In this document: positions 37,703 to 47,767 of the stretch, piece after piece
Numbering within the stretch: the first letter of the stretch is position 1
Layout: every line of letters starts with the position of its first letter
NCBI GenBank assembly: GCA_018894435.1
Contig: JAHIPI010000027.1
Coordinates: forward strand, 1,552-65,551
From: Candidatus Omnitrophota bacterium
GTDB lineage: Bacteria > Omnitrophota > Gorgyraeia > JAHIPI01
Direction: 5' to 3'
Length of the DNA stretch: 64,000 nucleotides
Translations under genes and position numbers: made by a program
Notes under the pieces: model-generated
What the model was told of the DNA's origin: nothing
Seen by the model: only the letters and a program-made list of their open reading frames with translations
The model's database searches: none

Positions 37703-39244
37703 TTATAGGGCCGTCTTTGTTTTGCTTTTAGCCGTGCGCTTATTTGTAATTCTACTCACGGCATTCAGATAGGCCTTGGCGCTCGCCTCTATGATGTCGG
37801 TGCTTGAACCTCTGCCCGTCAGGATCTCGTCTTTGACTCTTATCCTTACCGTAACATCTCCGACGGCATCTTTGCCGCCCGTAATCGCGCGGAGGGAATA
37901 GTTCAGGAGTTTTCCCTTAACGCCCGTGATCTTATCGATCGCCTTATAGCATGCGTCTACAGGCCCGTCCCCGGTAGAAGTTGCCTCGGCCGTTTTGTGG
38001 CCGGATTTAAGCTTGATTGTTGCACGCGGGGTGATCTTATTGCCGCTGGTTACTTCAATGGAATCAAGCCGGTACTTTTCCGTAATGCTTCTTGTAGTCT
38101 CTTCTACTATAGCGATAAGGTCTTCATCGAAGACCTCTTTCTTTTTATCCGCCAGCTTTTTGAAATCGAGAAATGTCTTGTTTATCTCGCTATCGCTCAG
38201 ATTGAATCCGAGTTTTTTAAGCCGCTCACTGAAAGCGTGCCTGCCGGAATGTTTTCCCAGCACAAGGCGCGTCATTTCTACGCCCACATCCGACGGTTTC
38301 ATTATCTCGTATGTGGTCCGGCGTTTCAGCACACCGTCCTGATGTATGCCGGATTCGTGCGAAAATGCGTTCGCGCCCACAACGGCTTTGTTCGGCTGGA
38401 CTATTATGCCCGTAAGCCTGCTTACAAGCTGGCTTGTTTTGTAAAGTTCTTCTGTCTTTATGCCGGAGGTAAACCCGAATAGGTCCTTCCGCGTATTAAT
38501 CGCCATTACTATCTCTTCCATCGAAGCGTTGCCGGCGCGTTCGCCCAAGCCGTTTATGGTGCACTCGACTTGTCTCGCGCCGTTTTGGAGCGCAACTATG
38601 GAATTTGCGACGCCCAGGCCCAAATCATTATGGCAATGGACACTCAAAACGCATTCATCAATATTGTTTACGTTTTCCTTTATTCCCTTTATAAGGCGGC
38701 TGAATTCCGAAGGAATGGCGTAGCCGACTGTATCGGGTATATTCACTGTTGTAGCGCCCGCGTCTATAACTGCCCTTACAACCCTATACAAAAACTCTTT
38801 CTCTGTGCGCGAGGCATCTTCCGGCGAAAATTCTATATTCTCGGTAAGGCGCTTTGCGTATTGGACTCCCCACACCGCAAGGCGCAGTATCTCGTCTTCG
38901 GCCTTCCTCAGTTTATATTTCATATGTATCTTTGACGTGGCCAAAAATACGTGGATGCGGCGGTTTTTGGCGTACCTCACCGCCTGATAAGCTGTATCGA
39001 TGTCTTTTTTGAGGCATCTTGCCAGCCCGCAGATCGTAGGGCCTTTTATATTTTTGGCAACGGCCTTTACGGCCTCAAAATCGCCTTTGCTTGAAATGGG
39101 AAAACCCGCTTCAATGACATCGGCCTTAAGGTGCGCGAGCTGCCTAGCTATTTCAAGCTTCGCCTTAGGCGTCAGAGACGCCCCCGGTGACTGCTCGCCG
39201 TCACGCAGCGTCGTGTCGAATATTATGACTCTGTCACTACTCAT
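37703..39244 (-). CDS. leuA: 2-isopropylmalate synthase (LeuA-type, with the C-terminal regulatory domain); a citramalate synthase cannot be excluded
   Basis: IFDTTLRDGEQSPGASL...HCHNDLGLGVANS...; 513 aa. Confidence 0.75.
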   Translation of the reverse strand: MSSDRVIIFDTTLRDGEQSPGASLTPKAKLEIARQLAHLKADVIEAGFPISSKGDFEAVKAVAKNIKGPTICGLARCLKKDIDTAYQAVRYAKNRRIHVFLATSKIHMKYKLRKAEDEILRLAVWGVQYAKRLTENIEFSPEDASRTEKEFLYRVVRAVIDAGATTVNIPDTVGYAIPSEFSRLIKGIKENVNNIDECVLSVHCHNDLGLGVANSIVALQNGARQVECTINGLGERAGNASMEEIVMAINTRKDLFGFTSGIKTEELYKTSQLVSRLTGIIVQPNKAVVGANAFSHESGIHQDGVLKRRTTYEIMKPSDVGVEMTRLVLGKHSGRHAFSERLKKLGFNLSDSEINKTFLDFKKLADKKKEVFDEDLIAIVEETTRSITEKYRLDSIEVTSGNKITPRATIKLKSGHKTAEATSTGDGPVDACYKAIDKITGVKGKLLNYSLRAITGGKDAVGDVTVRIRVKDEILTGRGSSTDIIEASAKAYLNAVSRITNKRTAKSKTKTAL

Positions 39245-39262
39245 TTATTTGCTCCTCCATCT

Positions 39263-39323
39263 AGCTTTCAGCTTTCAGTCTTCAGCTTTCAGCTGAGAGC
39301 TGACGGCTGATAGCTGATAGCTC
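39263..39323. repeat. Family-B heptamer palindrome, an 'empty' cassette copy filling the leuA-ilvC gap
   Basis: agctttcagctttcagtcttcagctttcagct g agagctgacggctgatagctgatagctc. Confidence 0.75.
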
Positions 39324-39324
39324 T

Positions 39325-40317
39325 CTACTTTTTCATCCAGGGCATCATTTCGCGCAGCTTCTTACCCACTGCCTCTATGGGATGTTCATCGCCCGCTTTT
39401 AAAAGCTTGTTAAAATTGGGCCGTCCCTCTTCGTTCTCCCTTATCCATTCGCGGGCAAACTTGCCGGATCGGATATCCTTCAACATCTTCTTCATTATTT
39501 TGCGGGTCTTTTCAGTTATAACCATGGGGCCGCGCGTAACATCGCCGTAGCAGGCCGTATTTGAAACCCTGCGCCTCATCCCGCTTATGCCGGTCTCCTG
39601 TATAAGATCGGTTATCAGTTTCAATTCGTGCAGGACTTCGAAGTATGCTATTTCCGGTTGATAACCCGCCTCTACCAGCGTGTCAAATCCTGCCTTGATC
39701 ATTTCGCTGACGCCTCCGCAAAGAACAGCCTGCTCTCCGAAAAGATCTGTTTCTGTCTCTTCAGAAAATGTAGTCTCAATAACGCCTGCCCGCGTTCCGC
39801 CTATCGCTTTAGCGTAAGCGAGCGCCAGTTTCATAGCATCACCGGTAGCGTCCTGATGAATGGCCACAAGGCATGGAACGCCTTTCCCTTCTTCGTACAT
39901 CTTTCTCACTAAAGCTCCCGGGCCTTTCGGCGCCACCATAAAGACATCTATCTTCTTACTCGGTTTTATCTGCTTGAATCTTATATTAAATCCGTGTGAA
40001 AAAACAAGCGCCTTTCCCTTGGTCATATACGGAGCTATGGATTCCTTGTAGACCTTCGCCTGCACGTGATCCTGCGTCAGTATCTGGACGATATCGGCCT
40101 GCTTTGCCGCTTCGGATGCGGATATAGGATTGAAGCCATCTTTTTTTGCCGTCTCATAATTCGGGCTCGCTTCTATTTCGCTCACTATGACATTGAGCCC
40201 GCTGTCGCGGAGGTTCAGCGCCTGGCCCCGGCCCTGTATGCCGTAGCCGATTATGGCGATCTTTTTATCCTTTAATATACTCGGGTCTGCATCGTTATCA
40301 TAGTAAATCTTCAGCAT
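39325..40317 (-). CDS. ilvC: Ketol-acid reductoisomerase (class I). The listed ORF extends to 40407, but its first 30 codons are REP-encoded; the probable start is the Met at 40317 ([11 protein letters not shown]), preceded by AAGGA
   Basis: [25 protein letters not shown]. Confidence 0.9.
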   Translation of the reverse strand: MLKIYYDNDADPSILKDKKIAIIGYGIQGRGQALNLRDSGLNVIVSEIEASPNYETAKKDGFNPISASEAAKQADIVQILTQDHVQAKVYKESIAPYMTKGKALVFSHGFNIRFKQIKPSKKIDVFMVAPKGPGALVRKMYEEGKGVPCLVAIHQDATGDAMKLALAYAKAIGGTRAGVIETTFSEETETDLFGEQAVLCGGVSEMIKAGFDTLVEAGYQPEIAYFEVLHELKLITDLIQETGISGMRRRVSNTACYGDVTRGPMVITEKTRKIMKKMLKDIRSGKFAREWIRENEEGRPNFNKLLKAGDEHPIEAVGKKLREMMPWMKK

Positions 40318-40342
40318 AATTATTTTCCTTTCTCGGTCTATC

Positions 40343-40395
40343 GGGGTCAGACCCTCGTTATGTAAACTACAAATATGTGCCGGGGGTCTGACCCC
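40343..40395 (+). repeat. REP (family A) with a 12-nt loop insert and an inverted arm
   Basis: ggggtcagaccctcgttatgtaaactac aaatatgtgccg ggggtctgaccccc. Confidence 0.8.
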
Positions 40396-40413
40396 CTCCC
40401 GCGGCACATATAA

Positions 40414-40887
40414 TTAATAACCGACTGCCACTCTTCCGGTCCTGACCAGTTCCTTTACGCCGAATTTCCCGAGCTCCTCGAGCAATTCTTTTATCTGCGC
40501 CTGGTCTCCAACCGCTTCAATGATCGCGATATCTCCTTTTGAATATATGATCTTCCCTACATACTTATTAAGAAGATTCTCTATCTTCCCTTTGTCTTTC
40601 GGGGAATAATCCACTTTTATTAAAACCATCTCTCTGTCAATATGCTCTTTCTTCGTAAAGTCGGTAACCGTTATAACGTCGATCAATTTATTGAGCTGCT
40701 TCTTTATCTGTTCGAGTATCTTCTCGTCCTCGGCCTCGACCACTACAGTCATATAAGAGACTACCGGGTCCAATGTCTCAGAGACGGCGAGAGAGGCAAT
40801 ATTGTACCCCCGCGCGCTGAAAAGCCCGGCAATACGCGCCAAGACACCGAATTTGTTTTCTACTAGAAGTGATATTGTCCGCCTCAT
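40414..40887 (-). CDS. ilvH: Acetolactate synthase small (regulatory) subunit
   Basis: [30 protein letters not shown] (ACT domain). Confidence 0.85.
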   Translation of the reverse strand: MRRTISLLVENKFGVLARIAGLFSARGYNIASLAVSETLDPVVSYMTVVVEAEDEKILEQIKKQLNKLIDVITVTDFTKKEHIDREMVLIKVDYSPKDKGKIENLLNKYVGKIIYSKGDIAIIEAVGDQAQIKELLEELGKFGVKELVRTGRVAVGY

Positions 40888-42554
40888 GCCAACCCCCCGA
40901 TAATTTTGTTAATCGCTTCGCCCGCCGGCACCATAGGATAGACATTCTCTTCCGCTTCCACGCGGAAATCTATAAAAACTGTGTTATCCGTTTTGATGGC
41001 CTTCTCGATCGCCGGGCGCACGTCTTCTTTTTTGCTGACAGATATGCCCACCGCGCCATAGCTTTCGGCAAGCTTCACAAAATCGGGCCCTGTGATCGAA
41101 ACCTGCGAATAACGCCTTTTGTAAAAAAGTTCCTGCCATTGCCTGACCATGCCCAAGTAGCCATTATTGAGTATCGCCACTTTTACATTTATTTTATTGC
41201 AAACGCAAGTGGCGAGTTCCTGTATATTCATTTGTATTGAGCCGTCGCCGGCTATATCAAACACAATTTTGTCCGGACACCCCACCTTAGCGCCCATAGC
41301 CGCGGGAAAACCGTACCCCATCGTCCCGAGGCCGCCGGAAGAGAGGAATGTGCGCGGATGGGAATATTGGTACCATTGGGCCGCCCACATCTGATTTTGC
41401 CCGACCTCTGTGGCAATAATAGCGTCGCCTTTTGTCGCCTCATAGATCTGCTCGACCACATACTGGGGCTTAAGAATGCCGTCTTCTTTATATTGCATGG
41501 GGAACTTCTTCTTCCACTCATCCACGGTCTTAAGCCATTCTGAGGTATCAGGTGCCTTTTTGATTTCGCCTACCAGTTCGCTTAATATATTCTTTGCGTC
41601 TCCCACTATGGGTATTTCTACGCTGACATTTTTACTTATGGAAGACGGGTCTATGTCAATATGCACAATCTTGGCGTGAGGCGCAAATGCGTCGAGCCTC
41701 CCCGTCACGCGGTCGTCGAAACGCGCGCCCACTGCGATAATAAGATCCGATTCCATTATAGCGTGGTTTGCATAAGCCGTACCATGCATGCCGAGCATTC
41801 CCAAAGAAAGCTCATGTTTTGACGGAAAACCGCCTATGCCCATAAGGGTCCAGGTAACGGGCGTCTTTATTTTTTCTGCCAGGTCTCTAAGTTCTTTGTG
41901 CGCGCCGGAGATTATGATGCCGCCACCCGCGTAAATAATGGGCCTTTTGGCAAGCGATATCGCCTTTGCCGCCTTTTTTATTTGTCCCGGATGTCCGACG
42001 TACGTCGGTTTATAACTGCGCATTGTAATTTTTTCGTGCCAAATAAACTCCGCCTCCGCCATTTGGACATCCGATGGTATATCTATAAGCACAGGCCCGG
42101 GCCTGCCTGTCGATGCCACATAGAACGCTTCGCGCACTATGCGCGCGAGGTCTTTGATGTCTTTCACAAGATAGTTATACTTTGTTATGGGTCTGGTTAT
42201 TCCCGTAACATCCGCTTCCTGAAAAGCGTCGTTTCCTATGAGGTGTGTCTTTACCTGGCCTGTGATGGCAACCATGGGAATAGAATCCATATACGCGGTT
42301 GCCAGGCCGGTAGTAAGATTTGTGGCGCCGGGGCCGGAAGTAGCAAGACATACCCCGACTTTGCCCGTTGCCCGCGCATATCCGTCCGCCGCGTGAGCAG
42401 CTGCCTGCTCATGGCGCGTCAGTATGAAATTTATCTTTTCGTCATAAAGGGCGTCTAAAATAGGCAGGACCTGCCCGCCAGGGTAACCGAATATGACATC
42501 GACCCCTTCTTTTTTCAAAGCCTCCAGAAGTATATTCGCGCCTTTTAATTTCAT
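40884..42554 (-). CDS. ilvB: Acetolactate synthase large subunit (ThDP-dependent)
   Basis: [23 protein letters not shown]...; 556 aa. Confidence 0.9.
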   Translation of the reverse strand: MKLKGANILLEALKKEGVDVIFGYPGGQVLPILDALYDEKINFILTRHEQAAAHAADGYARATGKVGVCLATSGPGATNLTTGLATAYMDSIPMVAITGQVKTHLIGNDAFQEADVTGITRPITKYNYLVKDIKDLARIVREAFYVASTGRPGPVLIDIPSDVQMAEAEFIWHEKITMRSYKPTYVGHPGQIKKAAKAISLAKRPIIYAGGGIIISGAHKELRDLAEKIKTPVTWTLMGIGGFPSKHELSLGMLGMHGTAYANHAIMESDLIIAVGARFDDRVTGRLDAFAPHAKIVHIDIDPSSISKNVSVEIPIVGDAKNILSELVGEIKKAPDTSEWLKTVDEWKKKFPMQYKEDGILKPQYVVEQIYEATKGDAIIATEVGQNQMWAAQWYQYSHPRTFLSSGGLGTMGYGFPAAMGAKVGCPDKIVFDIAGDGSIQMNIQELATCVCNKINVKVAILNNGYLGMVRQWQELFYKRRYSQVSITGPDFVKLAESYGAVGISVSKKEDVRPAIEKAIKTDNTVFIDFRVEAEENVYPMVPAGEAINKIIGGLA

Positions 42555-44206
42555 TTTCCGAACACCGCCCCTTCATTCGCCTGCGTAACCGCTTCGGCAT
42601 ACCGCTTAAGATATCCTTCGCTAATGGATGGCTTGGGCGCTGTCCACTTGGACAGCCTCTTCTTGATCTCGCCAATATTCACATCTAGTTCCAGTTTTCT
42701 ATTGGGGATATCTATCAGGATCGTATCGCCGTCTTTGATCGCGGCGATCGGCCCGCCGATTGCCGCCTCGGGAGATATGTGGCCAATGCACGGACCTTTA
42801 GTCCCGCCGGAAAATCTTCCGTCAGTTATAAGCGCGACATCGTTAGCAAGGCCCATACCGACAATACTCGATGTCGGCGAAAGCATCTCCCTCATGCCGG
42901 GTCCACCCCTCGGCCCTTCGTATCTTATGACCACAACGTCGCCTTTTACTATTTTTGCGTTCATTATCGCCTGCATCGCCGATTCTTCCGAATCAAAAAC
43001 GCGCGCGCGGCCTCTAAACTTTAACATCTTACTGGAAACAGCGCTCTGCTTAACAACCGCGCCATCCGGCGCGAGGTTGCCGTAAAGTATTGCCATGCCG
43101 CCCTCTTTATGGTAAGGGTTATTGAGCGGACGGATGATTTCTTCGTCAAATATCCGCGCCTCCCGCGCTATCTTGGATATTTTATCTCCGGACACTGTGT
43201 CGACGTCGTTCAGTCTATTGCGAAGCCTTTTAAGAACAGCGGGTATACCTCCGGCCATATCAAGATCTTCCATAAAATATTCTCCGCCGGGCAGTAAATT
43301 GACGATGTGCGGCGTTTCGCGGCTGATCTTATCAAATTCCTTTAGCGGCAGATTAATGCCAAGTTCATTTGCTATGGCTTTTATGTGAAGGACCGTGTTG
43401 CTTGATCCGCCCATTGCCATATCGACAATGATAGCATTTTCAATCGCCTCTTTGCGCATGATGGTGCGCGGCAGGACATTCCTTCTCACAAGCGAAATGA
43501 TCCTTTCGCCGCTTTCAAAAGAGATCCTGTCTTTTTTTGCCGAAACAGCGAGCGCTGAAGCCGAATAAGGAAGGCTCATGCCCATCACCTCAGTAATGCA
43601 GGCCATGGAATTAGCCGTATAAAGCCCCTGGCACGATCCTGCGCCGGGGCACGCTTCCATTTCAAGACAGCCCAATTCTTCCTGCGATATCTCGCCCTTT
43701 TTGAAGCGGCCGACTGCCTCAAAGGTATCTTTTACCAAAGAAAGCCTTCTGCCTGCATACCTTCCGGAAAGCATAGGGCCTGCCGTTACGGTTATTGCCG
43801 GCAAATTAAGCCTTGCCGCCGCCATAATCATGCCGGGCGTTATCTTATCGCAATTAGTAAGTAAAACCATCCCGTCAAGCGAATGCGCCCTCATGATCGT
43901 CTCGACCATATCCGCGATTAGCTCGCGGCTCGGAAGCGAATACTTCATGCCTGAATGGCCCATAGCTATGCCGTCGCATATGCCCGGTATCCCAAATATA
44001 AAAGGCACGCCTCCCGCGCTCACAATACCCCGCTCAATAAAGCGCTCCAGCCTCCGCATCCCTATATGACCGGGTATTATGTCAGAGTGGCTTGAAAATA
44101 CCCCTATGAAGGGCTTGGCCATCTCCTTTTTAGTAATACCGGTTGCGTAAAGTAAGGCCCTGTTACCCGCTCTTTCCAGTCCTCTTTTTATCTTGTCGCT
44201 GCGCAT
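42551..44206 (-). CDS. ilvD: Dihydroxy-acid dehydratase
   Basis: ...[15 protein letters not shown]...[12 protein letters not shown]... Confidence 0.9.
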   Translation of the reverse strand: MRSDKIKRGLERAGNRALLYATGITKKEMAKPFIGVFSSHSDIIPGHIGMRRLERFIERGIVSAGGVPFIFGIPGICDGIAMGHSGMKYSLPSRELIADMVETIMRAHSLDGMVLLTNCDKITPGMIMAAARLNLPAITVTAGPMLSGRYAGRRLSLVKDTFEAVGRFKKGEISQEELGCLEMEACPGAGSCQGLYTANSMACITEVMGMSLPYSASALAVSAKKDRISFESGERIISLVRRNVLPRTIMRKEAIENAIIVDMAMGGSSNTVLHIKAIANELGINLPLKEFDKISRETPHIVNLLPGGEYFMEDLDMAGGIPAVLKRLRNRLNDVDTVSGDKISKIAREARIFDEEIIRPLNNPYHKEGGMAILYGNLAPDGAVVKQSAVSSKMLKFRGRARVFDSEESAMQAIMNAKIVKGDVVVIRYEGPRGGPGMREMLSPTSSIVGMGLANDVALITDGRFSGGTKGPCIGHISPEAAIGGPIAAIKDGDTILIDIPNRKLELDVNIGEIKKRLSKWTAPKPSISEGYLKRYAEAVTQANEGAVFGK

Positions 44207-44221
44207 AACATTCCCCCAATG

Positions 44222-44241
44222 AGTCCCGCCATGGCGGGACG
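44222..44241. repeat. Family-C core hairpin GTCCCGCC-ATGG-GGCGGGAC in the ilvD leader, 16 bp upstream of the start codon
   Basis: agtcccgccatggcgggacg; an alternative pairing gcggga/tcccgc lies upstream on the transcript. Confidence 0.5.
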
Positions 44242-44335
44242 AATTGATCCCGCAGCTTACGCAGAAAATTTTGCAGAAATTTTCAAGTGCTTAAGCAAGG
44301 GACTATCTTATTCATTTTACATTATAAGACCCATT

Positions 44336-44364
44336 ATTATACCCATGGGGAGGAAATTTGTCAA
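44336..44364 (-). promoter_or_regulatory. Consensus sigma70 promoter (TTGACA-17-TATAAT on the minus strand) driving the ilvD-ilvB-ilvH-ilvC-leuA operon
   Basis: Reverse complement of 44336..44364 is ttgaca aatttcctccccatggg tataat: a perfect -35 and -10 with a 17-nt spacer. The TSS would be about 123 nt upstream of ilvD. Confidence 0.55.
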
Positions 44365-44376
44365 CAAAATTAGGAT

Positions 44377-45516
44377 TTAGCGGGAATTCTTGTATATCCT
44401 TGGAACGCGGTTAGTTATGGAGCAGACTATTTCGTATGGAATCGTGCCTGCCAGGCGCGCAAGCTCTTCGCAGCTTATCTCATTATTGCCCTGTTTGCCT
44501 ATTAGGACGACTTCATCTCCCAACTTGACCCCCTCTATGTGTCCAACGTCTACCATGGTCTGGTCCATGGTAACCTTTCCTACTACCGGGGCCTTCTCGC
44601 CCCTGACTAGGACCTTCGCCTTATTGGAGAGGATACGGCCGTAGCCGTCGGCATAGCCTATCGGAAGAGTTGCGATAACTGTGGGTTTCTGGGTGATGTA
44701 GGTCCTCCCGTAACTTATGGACATCCCGGGTGGCGTCTTTTTAAGAAATACTATCTTTGTCTTAAGGGACATCGCCGGTTTAAGGCGAAATAGGCGTGAA
44801 AACGACCTTTTCGGATACATGCCGTACATTATTATTCCCGGCCGCACTAAATTTAAATGCGCCTTTTTAATAGCAACAATCGCTATGCTGTTGGCGGCAT
44901 GGCGGTAAGGTATATCTATGCCAAGGTGCTTGAGTTCTTCCAGGAGGGCATTAAAAGAGTCAAGTTGATATGTCGTAAAGAATTTATCCCTGCCGGCTAC
45001 GGAAAAATGGGTATATATGCCTTCTACAAAAATATTTTTACAATCGAAAATGACATCCTTAACAAAATCGAAAGCGCCTTCATGCCAGACGCCTATGCGG
45101 CCCATGCCCGTATCTATCTTGATGTGAACTTTTGCTTTTTTCTTCAGCTTGGCCGCCGCCCTATTGATGATCTTGGCAAGCTCCATATCGCACAGGGTGA
45201 GCGTTATGTCATTTTTAATAGCCGGCTCCACTTCTTTGGGAAGCACCGAACCCAAAACGAGTATCGGCGTCTTTATTTTTCTTTCGCGAAGATGGAGCGC
45301 CTCGTCGAGAGTGGCAACGCCGAAGAAGTCCGCGCCGGCTTTCTCAAGCGCCTTTGTGACCTCAAACATGCCATGGCCGTACGCATTGCCTTTTACGATG
45401 ACGAGTATGGATGCGCCGTTCGCCACCAATTTCTTGACCTGCCGATAATTGTAGACAATGGCTCCGAGATCGACCTCAGCCCACGTAGCCCTATGCGTCA
45501 TTTTTGTTTTAAACAT
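44377..45516 (-). CDS. alr: Alanine racemase (PLP)
   Basis: VIVKGNAYGHGMFEV (PLP-lysine motif). Confidence 0.85.
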   Translation of the reverse strand: MFKTKMTHRATWAEVDLGAIVYNYRQVKKLVANGASILVIVKGNAYGHGMFEVTKALEKAGADFFGVATLDEALHLRERKIKTPILVLGSVLPKEVEPAIKNDITLTLCDMELAKIINRAAAKLKKKAKVHIKIDTGMGRIGVWHEGAFDFVKDVIFDCKNIFVEGIYTHFSVAGRDKFFTTYQLDSFNALLEELKHLGIDIPYRHAANSIAIVAIKKAHLNLVRPGIIMYGMYPKRSFSRLFRLKPAMSLKTKIVFLKKTPPGMSISYGRTYITQKPTVIATLPIGYADGYGRILSNKAKVLVRGEKAPVVGKVTMDQTMVDVGHIEGVKLGDEVVLIGKQGNNEISCEELARLAGTIPYEIVCSITNRVPRIYKNSR

Positions 45517-45527
45517 ATCATCCCTTT

Positions 45528-45574
45528 GGGGTCAGACCCTCGTTATGTAAACTACGATGGCCGGGGTCTGCCCA
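45528..45574 (+). repeat. REP (family A) between alr and tsaB; its inverted arm is degenerate
   Basis: ggggtcagaccctcgttatgtaaactacgatggccggggtctgccc. Encodes the C-terminal MGRPRPS of tsaB. Confidence 0.8.
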
Positions 45575-46274
45575 TGACATTGCAATCCCGCGCATACAAA
45601 TAAAGCGGCTCTAAATCGTACGGGTCGTCACGCTTACCGCTTTTAAACATCTCGAGCCCCAATTTGGCGATCACGCTCGCCTTGGGAAACCACCGATTAT
45701 CTTCGATAAACTTTGCCTTGATCGTCTTCTCTGCCATCAACTTATCTTTATATATAGCTATGCCGTCGCCTAGAAATAAAACATCTCCTTCTAACCGTTT
45801 CATCAGCCGCTCAACAGGCTCAAGCAAATAATCACTATTCCTTACAAGTCTATCACCATCTATGCGATAAATACAAGCGTAGACCTGACTTTTCTTTGCA
45901 TCCAGAATCGGTATTGGGGTCAGACCCCCATTATGTAAACTACGATGGCCGGAGTATAACTCCAAAGCATTATATGCTATTGCGTCCAGCGTCGGCACGC
46001 CAATTATGGGCTTATTTAATGCTATGGAAAAGGCCCTCATCGCCGTTACGCCTATCCTGAGACCCGTAAAAGAGCCGGGGCCCATACCGACGGCAAAAAG
46101 ATCGACGTCTTTGAGTTTCTTTCTGGCTTTCCTTAGCGCCTTTTGTATAGTCGGCACAAGAAGCGCCGAATGGCTAAGCCGGCCTATTGCGTTATAATCG
46201 GAGAGCACCTTATTACCGCTTATTACGCTTACCGTCAAAAATTCTGTAGACGTGTCTACGCCAAGTGTTATCAT
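45552..46274 (-). CDS. tsaB: tRNA threonylcarbamoyladenosine biosynthesis protein TsaB (YeaZ)
   Basis: MITLGVDTSTEFLTVSV...PILDAKKSQVYACIYR. Confidence 0.8.
   Translation of the reverse strand: MITLGVDTSTEFLTVSVISGNKVLSDYNAIGRLSHSALLVPTIQKALRKARKKLKDVDLFAVGMGPGSFTGLRIGVTAMRAFSIALNKPIIGVPTLDAIAYNALELYSGHRSLHNGGLTPIPILDAKKSQVYACIYRIDGDRLVRNSDYLLEPVERLMKRLEGDVLFLGDGIAIYKDKLMAEKTIKAKFIEDNRWFPKASVIAKLGLEMFKSGKRDDPYDLEPLYLYARDCNVMGRPRPS
45916..45956 (+). repeat. REP (family A) lying in-frame inside the tsaB coding sequence
   Basis: ggggtcagacccccattatgtaaactacgatggccggagt; translated on the minus strand as ...LHNGGLTPI... within TsaB. Confidence 0.7.
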
Positions 46275-46735
46275 AATTTCATCTTCTCGAGCATCTTTTC
46301 GTAACGTTTTCCATGGGCTTTCGCGCTAATTCTTCTTTTGCTCGAACCTGCGATATCGATATTTATCATAAGATATTCTTTCGGCAATGCCTCTTTCACT
46401 TTATCGGCCCATTCTACAACCGAGACACCTTTGCCGTAAAAATATTCATCATATCCGACGGTGGAAAACTGTAAAATATCTTTTAGTCGATAAACGTCAA
46501 AGTGGTAAAGAGGAATTCGCCCCTTATATTCCTTAAGAATTACAAAAGACGGGCTGTTTACATAGCTACTTTGTTTTACGCCTAAGCCTCTAGCAATCCC
46601 TTTAGTCAAAACCGTCTTGCCGCTTCCAAGCTGGCCCGAAAGCCCGACCACGTCTCCGGCCTTCAAACTTTTGCCGAGCCGTTTGCCGAAATTTATCGTC
46701 TCATCCCTGGTCTTAGAAACAAAACTTCGTGCCAT
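46271..46735 (-). CDS. tsaE: tRNA threonylcarbamoyladenosine biosynthesis ATPase TsaE (YjeE)
   Basis: VVGLSGQLGSGKTVLTKGIARGLGV. Confidence 0.85.
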   Translation of the reverse strand: MARSFVSKTRDETINFGKRLGKSLKAGDVVGLSGQLGSGKTVLTKGIARGLGVKQSSYVNSPSFVILKEYKGRIPLYHFDVYRLKDILQFSTVGYDEYFYGKGVSVVEWADKVKEALPKEYLMINIDIAGSSKRRISAKAHGKRYEKMLEKMKL

Positions 46736-46758
46736 TAAAATACCTAGCCCCCGCTAAT

Positions 46759-46800
46759 CTAACCTGGTTAGTCTAACCTGGTTAGATTTGTCAGGTTAGA
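46759..46800. promoter_or_regulatory. Tandem 13-bp near-palindromes CTAACCTGGTTAG x2 plus a partial CAGGTTAG; operator-like site upstream of tsaE
   Basis: ctaacctggttag tctaacctggttag atttgtcaggttaga. Confidence 0.35.
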
Positions 46801-47695
46801 AATGTCGATATCCTGCCGGCTTCAATCCGACTCTTTTTCCGCTCTTATCCACTATTGTGACGTTTTTGTATTCAGCAACAATCTCGCCTATCATACTAAC
46901 TCGAACACCAAGCTTTTTAGTCAATACTTTTTCATTCACATTGCCCGGCATCGTAAATAAGAGCTCGAAGTCTTCACCGTCGGTCAGTGCGCCCTTTAAG
47001 GACGAACCCTTGGAAATAGGAATGTCTTTTTCGTATATAAGCGCGCCGGTATTACTTGACTCGGCAATATGCCGCAAGTCTGATGATAGCCCATCCGAGA
47101 TATCTATCATAGCGTTGACTTTGAAATTTTTGACTAAAATCCTAGCTTCTTTGACTTTGGGAGTAAAATTATATTGCTTGACCTTTATGGATCCGCCTAA
47201 TCGCCCTGTGACATATATCTTGTCGCCTATTTTGGCGCCGCTGCGTTTAACTAAGCGGTGTTTTTCCACTTCCCCGACGACACAGACATCACAAATAAGC
47301 TTATCCGATTTATTAGTATCACCGCCGATAAGTTCCACTTTGTATTCCTTCGCTAATTTAACGAAACCCGCGTAAAAATCATCGACAACCTTAACCGGCA
47401 TGTTTGGCGGTAAACCGACCGATATAAGACAATATTTTGGAACTCCCCCCATAGCCGCAATATCACTCAAAGATACCGCTAATGCCTTTCTTCCGACTCT
47501 CTTTGGCCCGGCTTTTCTCAAATTAAAGTGGACGCCATCTATCAGCATGTCCACAGTTAGTAGAAGATACCTATCTTTTGTATAATCTATAACGGCGCAA
47601 TCATCGTCGATGCCCAAAACGGCGCTCTTCAGAGGTATCGCTTTCTTCTTTACTCTCTCTATTAAACCAAACTCGCCGAGCGTTTTTATCTTCAT
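46796..47695 (-). CDS. thiL: Thiamine-monophosphate kinase
   Basis: LGEFGLIERV...LGIDDDCAV... Confidence 0.8.
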   Translation of the reverse strand: MKIKTLGEFGLIERVKKKAIPLKSAVLGIDDDCAVIDYTKDRYLLLTVDMLIDGVHFNLRKAGPKRVGRKALAVSLSDIAAMGGVPKYCLISVGLPPNMPVKVVDDFYAGFVKLAKEYKVELIGGDTNKSDKLICDVCVVGEVEKHRLVKRSGAKIGDKIYVTGRLGGSIKVKQYNFTPKVKEARILVKNFKVNAMIDISDGLSSDLRHIAESSNTGALIYEKDIPISKGSSLKGALTDGEDFELLFTMPGNVNEKVLTKKLGVRVSMIGEIVAEYKNVTIVDKSGKRVGLKPAGYRHF

Positions 47696-47740
47696 GTGGC
47701 TTATTTTACCACTAATAATCCCATATTTGTAGCATAATTA

Positions 47741-47767
47741 GGGTCAGACCCCGATTATGTTAACTAC
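47741..47767 (+). repeat. REP (family A) abutting the 3' end of the RAYT gene
   Basis: gggtcagaccccgattatgttaactac; overlaps the last codons and stop of the RAYT. Confidence 0.8.

Noticed and set aside
39325-40407. Full-length ilvC ORF with the N-terminus [30 protein letters not shown]
   Set aside because: The first 30 codons are the reverse-complement reading of a REP element (40343..40395). The Met at 40317 gives the canonical KARI N-terminus ([11 protein letters not shown]...) and has an AAGGA ribosome-binding site.
44207-44335. Leader-peptide attenuator or T-box riboswitch upstream of the ilv operon
   Set aside because: The only leader ORF is [10 protein letters not shown], with no run of Ile/Leu/Val codons. 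No T-box consensus (AATTAGGGTGGTACCGCG-like) was seen. Only a generic alternative-hairpin arrangement is reported.
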